From NCBI RefSeq assembly GCF_009914755.1, contig NC_060945.1: 64,000 bases of DNA. The stretch is one strand, 5' to 3'. Within the stretch, counting starts at the first letter, position 1. Each line of letters starts with the position of its first letter. Both the position numbers and the translations under genes were made by a program. The notes beneath the pieces were generated by a model that worked only from the letters and a program-made list of their open reading frames with translations, did not search any database and was not told the DNA's origin. Below, in pieces: positions 14,001-29,030 of this stretch. This DNA is from the human T2T-CHM13v2.0 reference genome, Homo sapiens.

Positions 14001-14456
14001 GTGTAGTTCACACTTAAATGCTGGGTTTGTGCAGAAATTTGCACAGTGGATGCCTGTGTTATGATACATGTAAGCGAGAGTTCTTAAGGACTGTCAGTCG
14101 GCTCCTTCATGGAGTCATAAACCCCCTTTGAAAGAGCAGCATGTTAAAAGATGAGATATGAATCATTCCAATGGGATGTAAGTGTGATGCAGAGTTTCTG
14201 TACAAAATGCAGTATTCCCTTATGCAATTTAGAAAAAAGTATCAATTTTAATTGAATTAGATCTTGTTTTAACATAAAGACTTATCATGTTAATTTCAAT
14301 CCCCAGATTCTTACTTGTGGGAGCACCAGTAATGGAATTTTATCTTATTAATAGCCTAAGTAACAACACCATCCCAATTTCATCCATACACATTTGATTC
14401 AAAAACACAAGTGGTATTTCCAATCAAATTAAGATATCAGGACATTTTTTTTAAGA

Positions 14457-14826
14457 GGACTGGCATGGTTGCTTATGGTTGTAATCCCAGCGCTTTGGGA
14501 TACCAAGGTGGGAAGGTTGCTTGAGCTCAAGAGTTTGAGACCATCCTGGGCAGCATTGTGAGACTCTGTCTCTACTAACAATAAAACTTAAAAATTTAGC
14601 CAGCATGGTGGCACATGCCTGCAGTCCTAGCTACTTGGAAGGCTGAGGCCAAGGGATTGCTTGGGCCAAGGTATCTGAGGCTGCAGTAAGCCATGATTGC
14701 ACCACTGCACTTCAGCCTAGGCAGCACAGTGAGACCATCTCTCAAAAAAAAGGAAACAAAAACAAACAAACAAACAAAGAAAACACCAACCAACCAAACA
14801 ACAACAACAACAACAACAAAGACAAA
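14457..14826 (+). mobile_element. AluJ with A/(AAC) tail
   Basis: Diverged dimer with J-type 'gaggctgcagtaagccatgattgcaccactgcac'. Confidence 0.9.
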
Positions 14827-16284
14827 TGATATCAGGGGAAATTCCTTAGAAAGGAATTAAAATTCAAAGGGTGATTATTCAAGTACAAAATTTCATAAAA
14901 ATAAGTTCCTAAACAAAATATAGACTAGTAACATTTTTACAACAGCAACTTAAATATCCATTTGAGAAATTCTCCATTCATACAACACCTCCACTGTATG
15001 AATGCTGAGCCAGAAAGTAGCCTACCATTACAGCTTAGCTCTTAATTGCTTACCATGTCATTAATAATAATTCATTGTTGCTAAGTTTATATTTTGGTAT
15101 TTATGGAAAATATCAGTGACACCATGGACAAGCAGCCTTTACACTGTTTGCGCAGTTAGTACTGATTTTTTCCATATTTCCTACTTGAACCTTCATCCAT
15201 TTTGAGTGGCATAGTCTTTATTAAAATTGTCCTAAAACTCTCAGGTCCAAGGTTGGTATCATACAGAAGTTAAACATAGAGAGATAGAGGTATTAAGAAC
15301 CTCAGTCACTTATCTGTGTTCACATGACGAGTTATTAATAGAGCCAGTTCTTCAGATTTTCCTTCTTACCATTTAATCACCAGTTTACGATAGACTGAAA
15401 TTCAACTCTACCTAATTAGTCTGTACAATCATAATGGTTGATGAGTTAATGCAGACACATGTACTTACTTAACTGCAATTTGATCTACTTAGGTTTGAAA
15501 TATAGTTTTGTACAGTCTAGACTGTCAGGAGAATGAAATTCTTTTTGTCTCTGGTATATCAAATGTCCCCTTGACTCTGGTGTTACTGGATCGTGGCAGA
15601 ATCTGGTCTATGGATTCTCCATGCAAGTAAGCTCAAGTTTTTGTTTTTCAGCCATTAGTCACATAGTTTTAAATGTATTAGAAAAATATGCTGAAGTTGA
15701 GTGTTTTTTACTCCACTGTGTATTACTAATGGGATTTTACCAAAGAGCATGACCTCTAATCATATTAATATTTAATCAAGCAATAAATATGCCTTGCTGC
15801 AAAGCTCAAAGCCAACAGAGTTCTCTCTGGTGATGATTTTTCTATTAAGCTAACAAGGATTTCTTTTGCTTTATCTCATTACTATAAAATTGGGATAAAT
15901 GTCTGAGTATTCAATTCTCAGTAAGTGTCTTAAAGGGCTTTTGACTCTCCTGTCCAAATAAGCAAAATATCCCACATTGAACTTTAATATGTTTTCTCAA
16001 AGCTTTGTTTCTTTGGAAATGGCCTCTAAAACGTGGCCTATGAGATAAAGGTTTTGAAATAAAAGGAAGAAGAAAAGATGGTCAATTGTAAAATATAAGT
16101 GCTAACATCACAAAATATTGAGAAAAAATTGTTAAATGAGTGTTTTAAAAAGGAAGCAATGATGATTTATATGATACTAGGGAAAGTGGCCCAAAGTAAA
16201 TGCAATGTGCTTAGATTGTACTTAGATATTTATACTGTAGAGGAAAATAGGACAGGGAACATGTTACACAGTCACCATATTGTT

Positions 16285-16520
16285 TCTTCCTCCTGGGCAC
16301 ACAAAAATAAGTAAGAAATTTACCAGCTCACTCCCTAACCTCCTGCAGTCATGATGGGGTAGGTACATCTGGCTGAGTTTTAGTCAATAGTTGGTGGGCA
16401 GAGGTGATGTGAAGCAACCTCCAGTCCTAATTCTTACAGATCATCCTGCAATATCCTCCAGAATTCTCTTCCCCATCTACAGTATCCTTGACAGACACCT
16501 GTTTCAGATGGTGTAGTTGC
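16285..16520. mobile_element. Old ERVL/MaLR LTR fragment (MLT1/LTR16-like)
   Basis: 'ggctgagttttagtcaatag...gcagaggtgatgtgaagcaacctccag' resembles an MLT1/LTR16 core. Confidence 0.45.
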
Positions 16521-19500
16521 AGAACAGAAATATTCCCTAATAGCTTAGAAATGTGCAGTCTTACACTACAAATACTTATGGGACACAGATAACCTCCTCA
16601 AATTTCTTAAAATCAGTTTATAGACTGATTCCAGCAGCCATTGTGAAATCAACTAAAACATACAATTCTTAAGTCATCTTTTTGAAGATGCTTCTAATGG
16701 CATACATATTATTCATGGCTGACTTCAGTTTTTTTTCCCATTGATCAGCTTTCTTACTGTTTTTGACTTGTTTCTTTTTATAGTTAGGAAATTATATTTA
16801 TGGATAATTAATATGCTTCAATATCAAGTAGATTGTGTGTGTGTGTGTTTTAGCCAATGGGGGTAAAGTAGAACAAGTGTTCCTCTTCCTCCAGGCCCTA
16901 GTGTGTCATTTGTGGCTTCAGTTATAAAAAAGTAGACTTCATCAAGGACTCAGGGAGCAATGCTGGGCGTCAGGATACTCTGCATTGCTGGTTCTCAGGC
17001 GTGTCCAGGCTTAACCATTGAGAGCAGAGCTCTACTGGCCTGCCTTGTGTTTCAATAGCATGTCAACCCCAGCTGGCCTGCCTTGTGTTTTACATGGCAT
17101 GTCAGCCCAGCATTTCTGTTGCTAGAAAGCTTTCCTTTTCTTTCATATTTAGAGGGATAAGGTTTTAACTGTTCAGCATCTGTTCTTAAAATGGCAATAT
17201 ACTCTCTGTGATTATTTTGAGAAAGCCATTTTGATCGAAATATTGGGTTCTCTTTGCTTTCATTTCCCTGATAGATCTCTCAGCTCACTCTCCCCAGAAC
17301 TGACTCTGAAGAGCTGACAAAGCAATAACTAGTTGTTACAGAGGAATTTTTCTCTATTGTGGGTGTTATTTATTTATTTTGTTTATTCTAGTAATGATTT
17401 CTTGTCCACTTCAATTTATTAGTTTCAAAACGAGTGAATATAGACATAGTGGAATCTTTGCTATCCCTTGGTTAAATTCTATCCCGTGATATCCCTTGAA
17501 AGAGTAAGGAGGAGGTCTCTCTGTTTCATGAGGAATTTAAGCAAGGTGCTCAGAATGAATCACCTAGAAGAGTATAAAGATTGCTGTAGATTTCTTAAGT
17601 ACTAGTTTCAAACAAATACCATCAAAAAAAAGAGTAATTGCCAACATGTGTGCCCTTAACTCAATTTCCTACAGAAAGAACAGCTGAAAAAAACTATTAA
17701 AAATCCATTACCTGTTGTTTAAGAACCAAATAGCATTTTTCAGAAGTTTCTTATCAAGCAATTGAATGCAGCAGGATGATGTACAGTGGGAGTGAGGATT
17801 AGGCTGGTATTGACGTTTTGCTTCCTAACTTAAATGATTCACTAAATTCACTAAATTAGATCAAGGAATTTAATTTCTTTTCAAGCCTTTATGAATTTTC
17901 TCTAATATAGAAATGATCCAAGACAGAACACTCAAGAAAATTAAACAGAGACAACAATTTAGAGAAAAAATTCTGCATAGTACCCTGTGGAGGGCACTCA
18001 TAGACCATCAAACAGATGAGTGAGAATTTCTTGGCCAAATCTCTCAGTACCTTTTTCAAGGCAAACTCAGATTTGTTCGCTATATATCTACAATATATTC
18101 AGGAAGCAAGACTTGAATGGCAGAGCTAAGACTAAACTGAAGGCAACCACTCTTTATTAAGGTCTTGTAAGCACTTTTATATACTTAGAATCTAGTCTTG
18201 GTGTTAGTTATTCGGTACGTTCAGTACCTATAAATTTTTAAATCTACATCTGACATGAACAGAACTAAATCCTAAAGGAGAAGATCAATATTAAACCTGC
18301 CACATTTTAACAGGGGTCATGTTGCATATGACAGAGATAAAAAGGGCTCAGGGCAATGCAGTGTCTTTCAGAACAGTGAGAGACGGGCTGTCCCTGGAGT
18401 AATCAAGGTCAGAAAACTGCCAGGTCTTTCCCTTCAAGGCCAGGGCAGAAAGATTTTCTCTAGCTGCTGAAAGGCAAATGAGTGGGACTCACAGGTCAGC
18501 ACAATCACTGCCAGCCCACAATCCGAACCCTTTTATGACTAAGCAGTAGAGATGCTGAGGGGTGGCTTCAGAGGAGGTTTTAGAGCTACCTTCGAAAGAA
18601 CAATAAACGAACATTCAGTTTGTGTCTGAATGTTGTTTTAAGCTATTTAAATAAATGCACAATCTAAATAAAAATTAAAGTGCATTCTAGTAATAATAAC
18701 TTTAAGACACTCAACAAGTTGAGTGCTCTCAAGCTTCACCCCATTTCCAAGCAAACTGTACACATTTAAATCCCTCCTCTAAGCAACTGCCACACGTAGG
18801 CGTAATATGATTAAAGTGAAGAAATCTATTTTTTTCAGGAAAGAAAAGGAACAAAAATAGGCAGACCAAAGATCTTATCCTTTTAGACTACTCTAAAGAC
18901 AAACAAAAACACACCACAGAGATAAGAGCATTGAGGAACATACACGTATACACATAGATGTAAAAATTTAAGGACGATTTCATCTGTAAGGATTATGAGA
19001 GAGTTGGTGTTTCTGGGTGGAGTGTCGTGGAGGAAGGAAAGTAGCAATTATAAAGTTATTTTTAACATATGGAAAATTAGCAAAAATTTCATGATCACTT
19101 ACTGAAATGCCACCGAATTGATAAAATAAGGAAAAAGCAAACTGAAAACCATCTGATGCCTAGAACATTATCTACAAGTGTTTGAAAATTTCAGAAGCCA
19201 GTATGTTTTTTTTCAGCAATACTCATGAGTACTCTTGTAACTTGCTGGGTGCTATAACTTGAGAAAATATTAAGAAGAATATTCTTGAAATTTTTATTTC
19301 CACATTCTTCTAGTTCTAAAAATTAATAAAAAATTTGGTATTTTAAAAATTGCTAAAGAAAAGCTTACTTAGAGATTTTTATCAAACTATCAGCATCTAA
19401 AACTAACTTGTGACAAATGGAGTTGCTTACAGTGAACAAAATGGCCAGTCTCTTGTAGTTATTTTTATATCTGAGTTGTAGATTTTAATCTACCAAATAT

Positions 19501-21244
19501 ATTGTTTCTCTCTCTCTCTTTCTCTATCTAAAGAACATGTAAATCAATGAAATAATAGATAGCCTATATTGTTATTTATTTCATTAAAATATTATGGCAG
19601 GGTGAATTGTTGAAGAATGAATGGGAAAGCCTCATCGCTCTCAGGAGTGACACTAAAGAGTTTGATAATTAGTACTTCAAGGTCAAGTGGTAAGTAATTG
19701 ATGAAGCACTGCTTGTTATAATGTTTTTGACGAGAGGATTAAACTGAAGTGCACTTAATTTTCTTGGCTGTTTAAGTGTAGTTACCACAAAATAGACAAA
19801 ATAAGGTTTCATTATGCTTTTTTTTAAAAAATGATATGAGATTGTAAAGTGTGATAATGCATTAAGCTTTTATCTTCCATCATTAGTGTGACAGTCAAAG
19901 TAAAGGCAAAAAGATGATGCTGAGAGCCAATGTTATCCTTATGGGACACAGTGATGCACTTTAGTGTACATTAAAACATACCTGAAACACTTGTCATAGT
20001 TGTCAGACCCTATTTATTGGAGCGCTGAAATCTGAATCGAAGCTGCAAAATTGAATGAAAAACAACTGGCTACATCAGTTTATCACTGAAAAACAAATGG
20101 CTGTATTTGCTTCTTTGCAGTTCCAAACATGAGCTCAATACAGGAGACTCTAGAGCACCAGAACCCTGTAAATCATGACATATATGTCTGTGCCAGCCGC
20201 TGATAAACTGTGCCTAGCTCTCCCAATGAAAGTAACAGATAGACCTCTGAAAAGCACCGAGATGAAAAATCAGACAGGAAAGCCACTTCTTCTAATGCTA
20301 AACTTTGCCAGGACAGGGAGGTGCCTCTAGCACTGTTGTACCGTTTCCTCCAAGAGAAAGTATTTGCAAAGCTTACATTTTCAAACAATCCTAGGAATGT
20401 ATCACTTCATATTTTCAAAAGTTTCTTGGAGAAAGATATTTTGCAGTGTCCTACATGAACTTGAGTGTTTGTCTCTGGAACTTTTAAGTTTGATTTCACT
20501 TAGCGCTGCTTGCACTTCAGTTGAGGCCATTTTTACTTGAAGCTTAATTAAAGCCATTGTCCTCAGGGACTAATACGCATCAATACTCTTTTCCCCAAGG
20601 TCCCCAAGTCATATAAGGACACCTTGAATCATTCTCAGTTAATGATACCTGCCACAAGAATATTTTCTCAAGATAGAAAAATTCATATTAGTTAATGTAT
20701 CATCTTAGGCACACTACCAAATCGGTTATAATGTTGCCTTTCCTATTTTTACTAATACCTTTTTTCCATAGTTTCTGGATATAGAAGCTAAGTGGAAAAT
20801 ATTTTAAAATATGGTTTACTTTTATTTAGAAATTAGCCAATGATTTATTTAGAAATTAGTCACTATTATATAAATTCTGTCATTAAGAATATTATCAAAA
20901 CATTTAAAACTGTTTTTCAATTTTCTCAAGATAATATAGATTTAAACAGTTAACAGGTCAATGAAAAGGTTTGAAACTTTGTGCTTAAAAATTAAAAGGA
21001 TAAAGGAAAATGATGCATAATATTTATTTGCAGCTCAGCCAATAAAATCTGATGAATCACGAAATTGCCATAACAAGTTTATTTCTATGTTGTTTTGTAG
21101 CTGCTTTTTTATGCAGTTTTAACCTAGATGAATCAAATGCCATATCACTTGTTATTCTTTTAAAAAGAACCTTTTCAAATTATTGCATATATATTTAAAA
21201 ATTCCTTCACTTGATATATGGTTATTGTGGAATATACTTTTACA

Positions 21245-21600
21245 TGTATCAGTTACTGTGTTTCTAGTCACAAATAATAGAAATTCTAATCGAAACTTTA
21301 CTTAAACAATAGCATGGATTTATTATTCTAGGTAATTACAAAGCCTTTTCTTTTCTGTCTTCAGTGATGGTGTCAGCTTTATCCAAAGCCTGGACTTAAA
21401 GGGAAAATGGTAACAGTGTTTCCAGATTTTATGTCTGTGTGCCACACAGTTCAGTAGAATTTGTCCCCCAGAAGCCTCCAGCACTAGCCTTGCTTAGGCT
21501 GATTAGCTGAATTAAATCCCATGCTTATCGATATATATGGCTCCGATTATGAAATTCAGCTAATTATTTTAGGTCTCAGCCACATGCCCCACTCCTTGCA
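21245..21600. mobile_element. Old MLT1-type LTR fragment
   Basis: Start 'tgtatcagtta...caaataatagaaa...cttaaacaatagcatggatttatt'. Highly diverged. Confidence 0.35.
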
Positions 21601-21962
21601 CCAAACGGGGTCAGTTTCTTAAAAAATTAGAGGTTCAATAAGGAAGGCTTCAAGACCTAAGTGAAAACTAGGGTAGTTGGTAGTCACCTAAGTAACTATT
21701 GAGGTAGTCTCTTTGAGGTAGAGACTGCATTTAGGTGAAGCAGCCAAAAAATAAAATGAAATAAAATAAAATAGCCCAATTAGACTTACCCACCTCTTTA
21801 TCTCTCTCTCTCTTTCTCTCTCTCCCTCTGTGTATGTGTTTGTGTGTGTGTCCAGAACTCTCTTTTAATGAGAAAAAAAAATGACTAGAAAATTACATGG
21901 AAATCTGCTTCTCCTAATCTCGCAATTGCTTAACCATAGCAATCCTTCCTGCTTTTTCTGGC

Positions 21963-22830
21963 AATAAACTTTTTATTTGACAATTGTTTAGATGTATAGA
22001 GAAGTTGTGAAGATATTTTAATTATTTGATGTATCTCACATCTAGATTTCCTTACTGTTTATCTGTTAAATTACTGCAGTATATTTATCAGGATTAATGA
22101 ACAATTATAGATACATTATTAATAATTAAAGCCCAGATTTATTCAGATTTCTTTAGTTTTCACTAAATGTTCTTTTTGTTTTTTAATGCAGTCATTGTGT
22201 CTACTTAAGTTCCACGTGGCTCTGATAGTTTCTCGGACTTTCCCTTCTTTGGGTAAACTTGATAGCTTTGAGGAATCAAATGTTTTTAGAATGTCCCTCA
22301 ATTAGCACTTGTCTGATTTTTCCCTCATGATTAGATTAGGGATTTTAAGAGAAAGAACACAGAGGTAAGGTCCCATTGTCATCACATTATATCAAGGTTA
22401 AACACTGTATAACATAACGTTTGATGTTAAAGTTGATCATCCAGCAGAGGTAACATTTGTTAGTTTTCTCCACTGTAAATTGACGTTTTCCCTCCTATTT
22501 TTCACACTGCATTCTTCGGAAAGAAGTCACTATGTGCAATCCATATTTAAGGAGTGGGGTTATGCTTCATCTCCTCAAGGATAGAGTATCTACATAAATT
22601 ATTTGGGATACTGCAGAGATTTGTCTATTTTCCTCCAATCATTTGCTTATTTAATCATTCATATAATTATGGATTCATTAATATTTACTTTAAACTTTGG
22701 GTTATAATCCAACACTACTTTATTTATTTTATTGTATAAATTGTTCTACCTTTGGCCAGCGGCAGCTGGTTCAGTTGACTCCTGTTTCTCATTGCCATTT
22801 CCCTGGCCCGCTGTTTTCTTTTTTAATTTC
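21963..22830 (-). mobile_element. L1MC-family 3' end
   Basis: 'ctcatgattagattagg...acagaggtaagg...atcacattatatcaagg' and 'gagtatctacataaattatttgg...ctttgggttataatccaa'. Confidence 0.8.
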
Positions 22831-22862
22831 TAGTCTACCTGGAATTGTAATCATTGCCTTAG

Positions 22863-23040
22863 AGTGATGATTCTCAAATGTGGTCCCCTGACATTTGACA
22901 TCTGAGGACTTGTTAGACATACAGGCCTCATCCCAAATCATCCTGCTGAATCAGAATCTCTGGGTATGGTACCTAGAAATCTGTCCTTTAATAAACCCTG
23001 ACAGTGATCCTTATGCAAGGAAAAGTTCCAAGACCAGTGC
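22863..23040. mobile_element. MER5A hAT DNA transposon
   Basis: 'ttctcaaatgtggtcccc...ctgaatcagaatctctggg...aatctgtcctttaataaaccc...gaccagtg'. Confidence 0.75.
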
Positions 23041-23071
23041 CCTAAAGCATCATGAGAAGAAAAGAAGAAAA

Positions 23072-23700
23072 TTTTTAAAAGCGTAAAAATTGGACACATA
23101 ATAATTGTACGTATTCATGGGGTACATAGTGATTTTTTTTTTTTTTTTGAGGCAGAGTCTCGCTTAGTCACCCAGGCTGAAGTGCAGTGGTGAGATCTCA
23201 GCTCACTGCAGCCACCGTCTCCCAGGTTCAGCAATTCTCCCATCTCAGCCTCCCGAGTAGCTGGGATTACAGGCACCTGCCATCATGCATGGCTAATTTT
23301 TGTATTTTTAGTAGAGACGGGTTTCACCATGTTGGCCAGGCTGGTCTTGAACTCCTGACCTCAGGAGATCCGCCCGCCTCGGCCTCCCAAAGAGCTAGGA
23401 TTACAGGTGTGAGCCACTGTACCTGGCCTACATAGTGATATTTTGATATATACAATGTATAGTGATCAAATCAGGGTTATTAACATATCCATCACCTCAA
23501 ATGTTTATCATTTTTTTGTGTGTTGGGAACATTCAAAATCCTCTCGTAGCTATTTAAAAATATAAATTATATTGTTGTCTATAGTCACCCTACAGTGCTA
23601 GAAAATACTAGAACTTATTTCTCCTATCTAGCTGTAACTTTGTAACCTTTAACCAACCTCTCCCTATTCCTCTGCCCCTCCTCCCCTTTCCAGCCTTTAA
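23072..23700 (-). mobile_element. L1MA 3' end interrupted by an Alu
   Basis: 'ataattgtacgtattcatggggtacatagtga...atccatcacctcaaatgtttatcattt...ctatctagctgtaactttgta'. Confidence 0.8.
23133..23428 (-). mobile_element. AluS
   Basis: Antisense full dimer. TSD tacatagtgat at 23123-23133 and 23429-23439. Confidence 0.95.
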
Positions 23701-24169
23701 CTCATTCCACAGCAAATAATTGAAAAATAAAGTAAATAATTCACTCATATGCACTCAGCAAATACATTATATTCTGGATTTAATGTGCTGATTTCTAGTC
23801 TGAAGCCATTTATATGATCAATAATCTTTTTTCTTTTCTTTGAAGGACTTTCTTCAGTTTTAAATTAATTATCTGGTTACTTTTTTAGAAGTGGCATTTT
23901 AAATCCATTTATGTTTATTCAAAATTCTCTTAACTTTGAACATCATTCTAAAATCTCTAACAATTCTAAATTCTCTCAATCTTGGATATTCAAAATTCAA
24001 ACATTCAAACATTTTTTTATCATGGGTTGTATTTCAATTTCATATAATTATTTGTGAGAACGAAGTCAGTAAAATATATCTGAGACCCCATTGAATAAAC
24101 CAAGTGATCAGACAGCTTCTCTGAAAATGAATATTAAACTACTATCTTTGTTAACCTTGAACTTACTGG

Positions 24170-24172
<3 letters not shown>

Positions 24173-24203
<31 letters not shown>

Positions 24204-24221
24204 ATATATATGTGTGTGTGT
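24173..24221. repeat. Interrupted (TG)n microsatellite
   Basis: Direct run. Confidence 0.9.
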
Positions 24222-26684
24222 CGTTGGTCCCTCACCAAAGCAAATTAATATCACAAGAAAAATGTGGAGTTGCATTCAGTTTTGGAATAGTGTTGAAAAG
24301 AATATCAACTTATAGGAAAACTTTTCTATTCTGAGTCAGATGAAACTCATGGTCTTGTATATTCTAAGATTCTTTAAAATACTCATTTCAGTTACGTATA
24401 ATATTTGATTTGGAATCACTATATATTTTCAATTTAAGAGATATTTTTAGTGGTTTCTTCATAAACTTTTTCAGTTTTTAAAATATTAATATATAGATAT
24501 GACAGAAATAATTTACAATGACATTTACTTTAAACTGAAAATATTTCTCCCATCTCTAAAAAAAGCTTCAAATATGTGTCACCTGCTCCATCTGCAAAGG
24601 CCATTGCTAACTTACCACAGTACCAAGATACAATTTACAAAATTATATAAGTACACACACACAGACACACACAAAACTGTAATTTTCCAAAACACTGAAC
24701 CTGTCCTTTAGCCTGTCATTTTTATACTACTATTTTCATATTTCATATGCTAGTTGTAAAGTACAACGTAATGGCTTCATGAGGGATTTATATTTCTACG
24801 AAGGACAAAATTGGTGGCATTAGGTTAAGTCTTTTCTGTTACCAATATGTGCTTTGACTAGTTTTTTATGTACACATGTTTAAACAAGTGGAATAATACA
24901 CACTTCAAAAATGCATCTTTGAGTTGAGCTTCATTCTACAAAATCTGTAAGCCTTATGTCATGAAGAAGAGGATCCTAGCATTTATTAGGTCTGTTTCCT
25001 ATTGTGTGAATCACACCTCCCAACCTCAAAGTATTCCATATGAAAACACAGCTGTCACTGCCAAGGACTTCAGTGCTTCCAGTTTTAGGCTGGATAATGT
25101 CTGTCTGCCAAAGCAATACATCAGTCATTACACAAGATGACTCACACCATCCGTGTCTTGGCAAGAATATACATATTGCTAACAATTGCATTTATCTGGA
25201 AAGCTTTAAGCATTAATGCATCCTTATTTTTATTTTAACCCCAAATTCTCAACCATAGGAATATTGTCAACTTTTCTCACAGCTTTACAATAAATCCTGG
25301 GTAGCTTTTTTAAAAACTACAACCAGAGGATAAATGTTATTCTTTAATAATGTTTGTATGATTTGTCCCTCAATATCTAAAATCTAACATTACTGCCAAA
25401 GTGTAATTCTCATCATAGTGTGTCTGTAGTTGCATCTCCTTTCGTGTCTATTTGTGGTTCAAAACATGTAGAATCCATTATTAGAGTACACATTTTAATT
25501 TTAAAAACATGAACAAAAAAAAAGCTTGCATGTAAATAATAAATCTGACACACCATGGTAGGCATTATTTTAAAACTAATAAATTTACAACTTACAAAAT
25601 TACATAACAATATATATACTGAGCATAATAGATATATTGTGTACTACATTTCAAATATTATATCATTTAAAAGATATATAACATATAAATGATCCCTGCA
25701 GTAGTTTAAAATAATACTTAGTTTAAAATGGCAATGAATGATTTCAGAACATAAATTATTCATCAAAGGACATTTAATAGTTTAGTTCATCTGGTATAAA
25801 ATTGACAAGGTAGTCATTAATGAGCTCAAATTATTCAGTAAATGTTAATACCCAGAACCAAATAATGGCATTTATTTCTTAGGAATTACTGCCTAATCTA
25901 CTGGATAATATTTTTAAAGGTGAACTATGTCCTGCTCTTTTCCATGCACACACACTCACACATGCACACATACACAAACACATATGGCTTGAAATTGCTA
26001 GAAAAATATGAGCTTAATTATATGTTTTAAATTTTTAAATATGTATTAAATTATTTAGAATAATCACTGTGAGAGGACATGTATGTTGAAGTCTCAAACC
26101 AATAAACTCTACCAGTAAAATCTGTAATGAGGACATAAACTGTTAATTTTTGGGGAAAGAATAAAAAATAAAATAGGAATAAGAAAAAACATTGAAGATT
26201 GCCATATACATGAATGTACTAAGAGCACTAACAAACATTAAAGGCTCTCTGTTTAGTGGCCAAGAGATACTGGTTTTATAGAAAGGACAAAACAATACAG
26301 AATGGTCAGATATATGCCGATATATGTGGTTCAAATATAAAAACTATTTACTAGTTTTCAAATTTTACAAGTAAGTTATACGTTAGAAAAATGATAATTT
26401 TATAACAGAAGGGAAGTGATTATCTCCAGGAAAAACCTGAAGATATAATTTAAAATGTTTTAGAGTGGAAGTGGTGAGAGAAAGTGGTTACATACTCTTC
26501 TTTCAAAATGAAAAAAGTTAAGAATGTATTGAGAGTTGATGGAACAAAAATAGAGGATGCACATATAACATATCAATGCTATCTCAATAAAAATAACAAT
26601 GTAAGAATTAATATTACATGGAAAGTAAGGATTTTAAAAGTGAGCCAATTCCCATTTTGCTAGGAGGTCACAGCATATTTGAGG

Positions 26685-27780
<1,096 letters not shown>

Positions 27781-28129
27781 GTGCTGAACAACAAAAACAA
27801 AAAGAATGTATGTAACCACCAGAAGAAACAGAAAATAAACTATGATAATAGTTGCCCCCTAAGTGTAGGCCTAATGGTTAGAGCATGGGGCCAACCACAG
27901 ATACTTTTCATCATGAGCTATTTTGAACTTCTCAATTCTTTCATCCATGGGCATGAATAATTGTCTTCACATTTTTAAATGAAACCAAAAATCATTGCAA
28001 AACAAAAATAACATGGTACACATATAATTATTCATAATGGCTGAAACATTGAGAAAAATTAACAACAAAAAAATTAAACTAAAAATAATTAGCAGGGGAG
28101 ATGGCATTAAAGACAAAGTAATGGATAAT

Positions 28130-29030
28130 AATTAAAAGCTTGGGCTTTGGACTCAATCTTACCTACCTTCAAGTAATTATTTTCTATCAGCTATTGAGAA
28201 ATAAAAATGAAATCCTAAGCCCTGCAAAGACACAGACTCTCTCTTTGCCAAGGAAACCCCAGAGACACCTTCAAAACTGAGTTGTTGGCCATGACAGGAT
28301 GGGGGATGTCCGACACAGCTGATTTTAGCTCCTCCCTCGCTACCCACTATTGGCTTTCTTCCCTAAAGGCTAAAAAGAAACCAGCGCTTTGCAGAGACTG
28401 GCTCCACTTCTGATATCAACCAAACACCTGATGGTACCCCTTCTTTTTGTGGTTATAATAAAACAACCAACCAGCCTTCCTTCCTTATAAGACAGCACTG
28501 ACCATGAAGGATGCATGGCAAGAGTGTTTGGGTCCTCTTCTTAAACTTTTGATAACAGTGGGTCAAAGACTCCACCCTTGGATAATGCTAACACTGCCAG
28601 TTTTTGAACTTGGGATCCGTGGAGAGAGGCATGAAACTCAACTGCGCATGCACGTTTCTCCTTTCATAAATATTCATAACTCCTCCTATAGCTTAATGAG
28701 TATGTATATTTGGTCACCCCATTCAGCATAAATTCTTGTCTTATTCTTTTCACACTTGAAGTGACTGTGTTCAGATTCCGGCTGGCCCTGTGCTTCCCAG
28801 CCTGTTTGCCACCCTGCAGGCTGCAAACCCTTGATGGGAAATAAAGCTTTCCTTTCCAAACGTATGAACCTCATCATTCTTTAGTTGACACTGTGTAACC
28901 TTGGGAAAGTTACTTAACCTATGGAGACGAGGGTTCTGATTTGTAAAATCGTAATAATAATACTCCATTCTCATGAAGCTGTTCATGGCACGATGGGATA
29001 ATACATACATAGGCTCTTAATAATGTCGTA
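28130..29030 (+). mobile_element. MIR split by the MER39 LTR
   Basis: 'agcttgggctttggactca' before the LTR, and MIR core 'ctgtgtaaccttgggaaagttacttaacct...ttgtaaaat' after it. Confidence 0.6.
28195..28890 (+). mobile_element. MER39-like ERV1 solo LTR
   Basis: TG...CA termini (tgagaaataaaaatgaaatcctaagccc...tagttgaca), AATAAA near 28849, and near-TSD ctat/ctgt. Confidence 0.8.

Noticed and set aside
14433-14836. gatatcagg on both sides of the AluJ, offset by about 15 bp, as a possible 5' transduction
   Set aside because: Only a 9-bp match around an old element; cannot be told from chance or a later small insertion.
18708-18725. Short hairpins (also 7240-7261 and about 42148-42168) and small direct duplications (20821-20859, 55890-55917)
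   Set aside because: Stems of 8 bp or short slippage repeats are common background and too short for a miRNA or structured RNA call.
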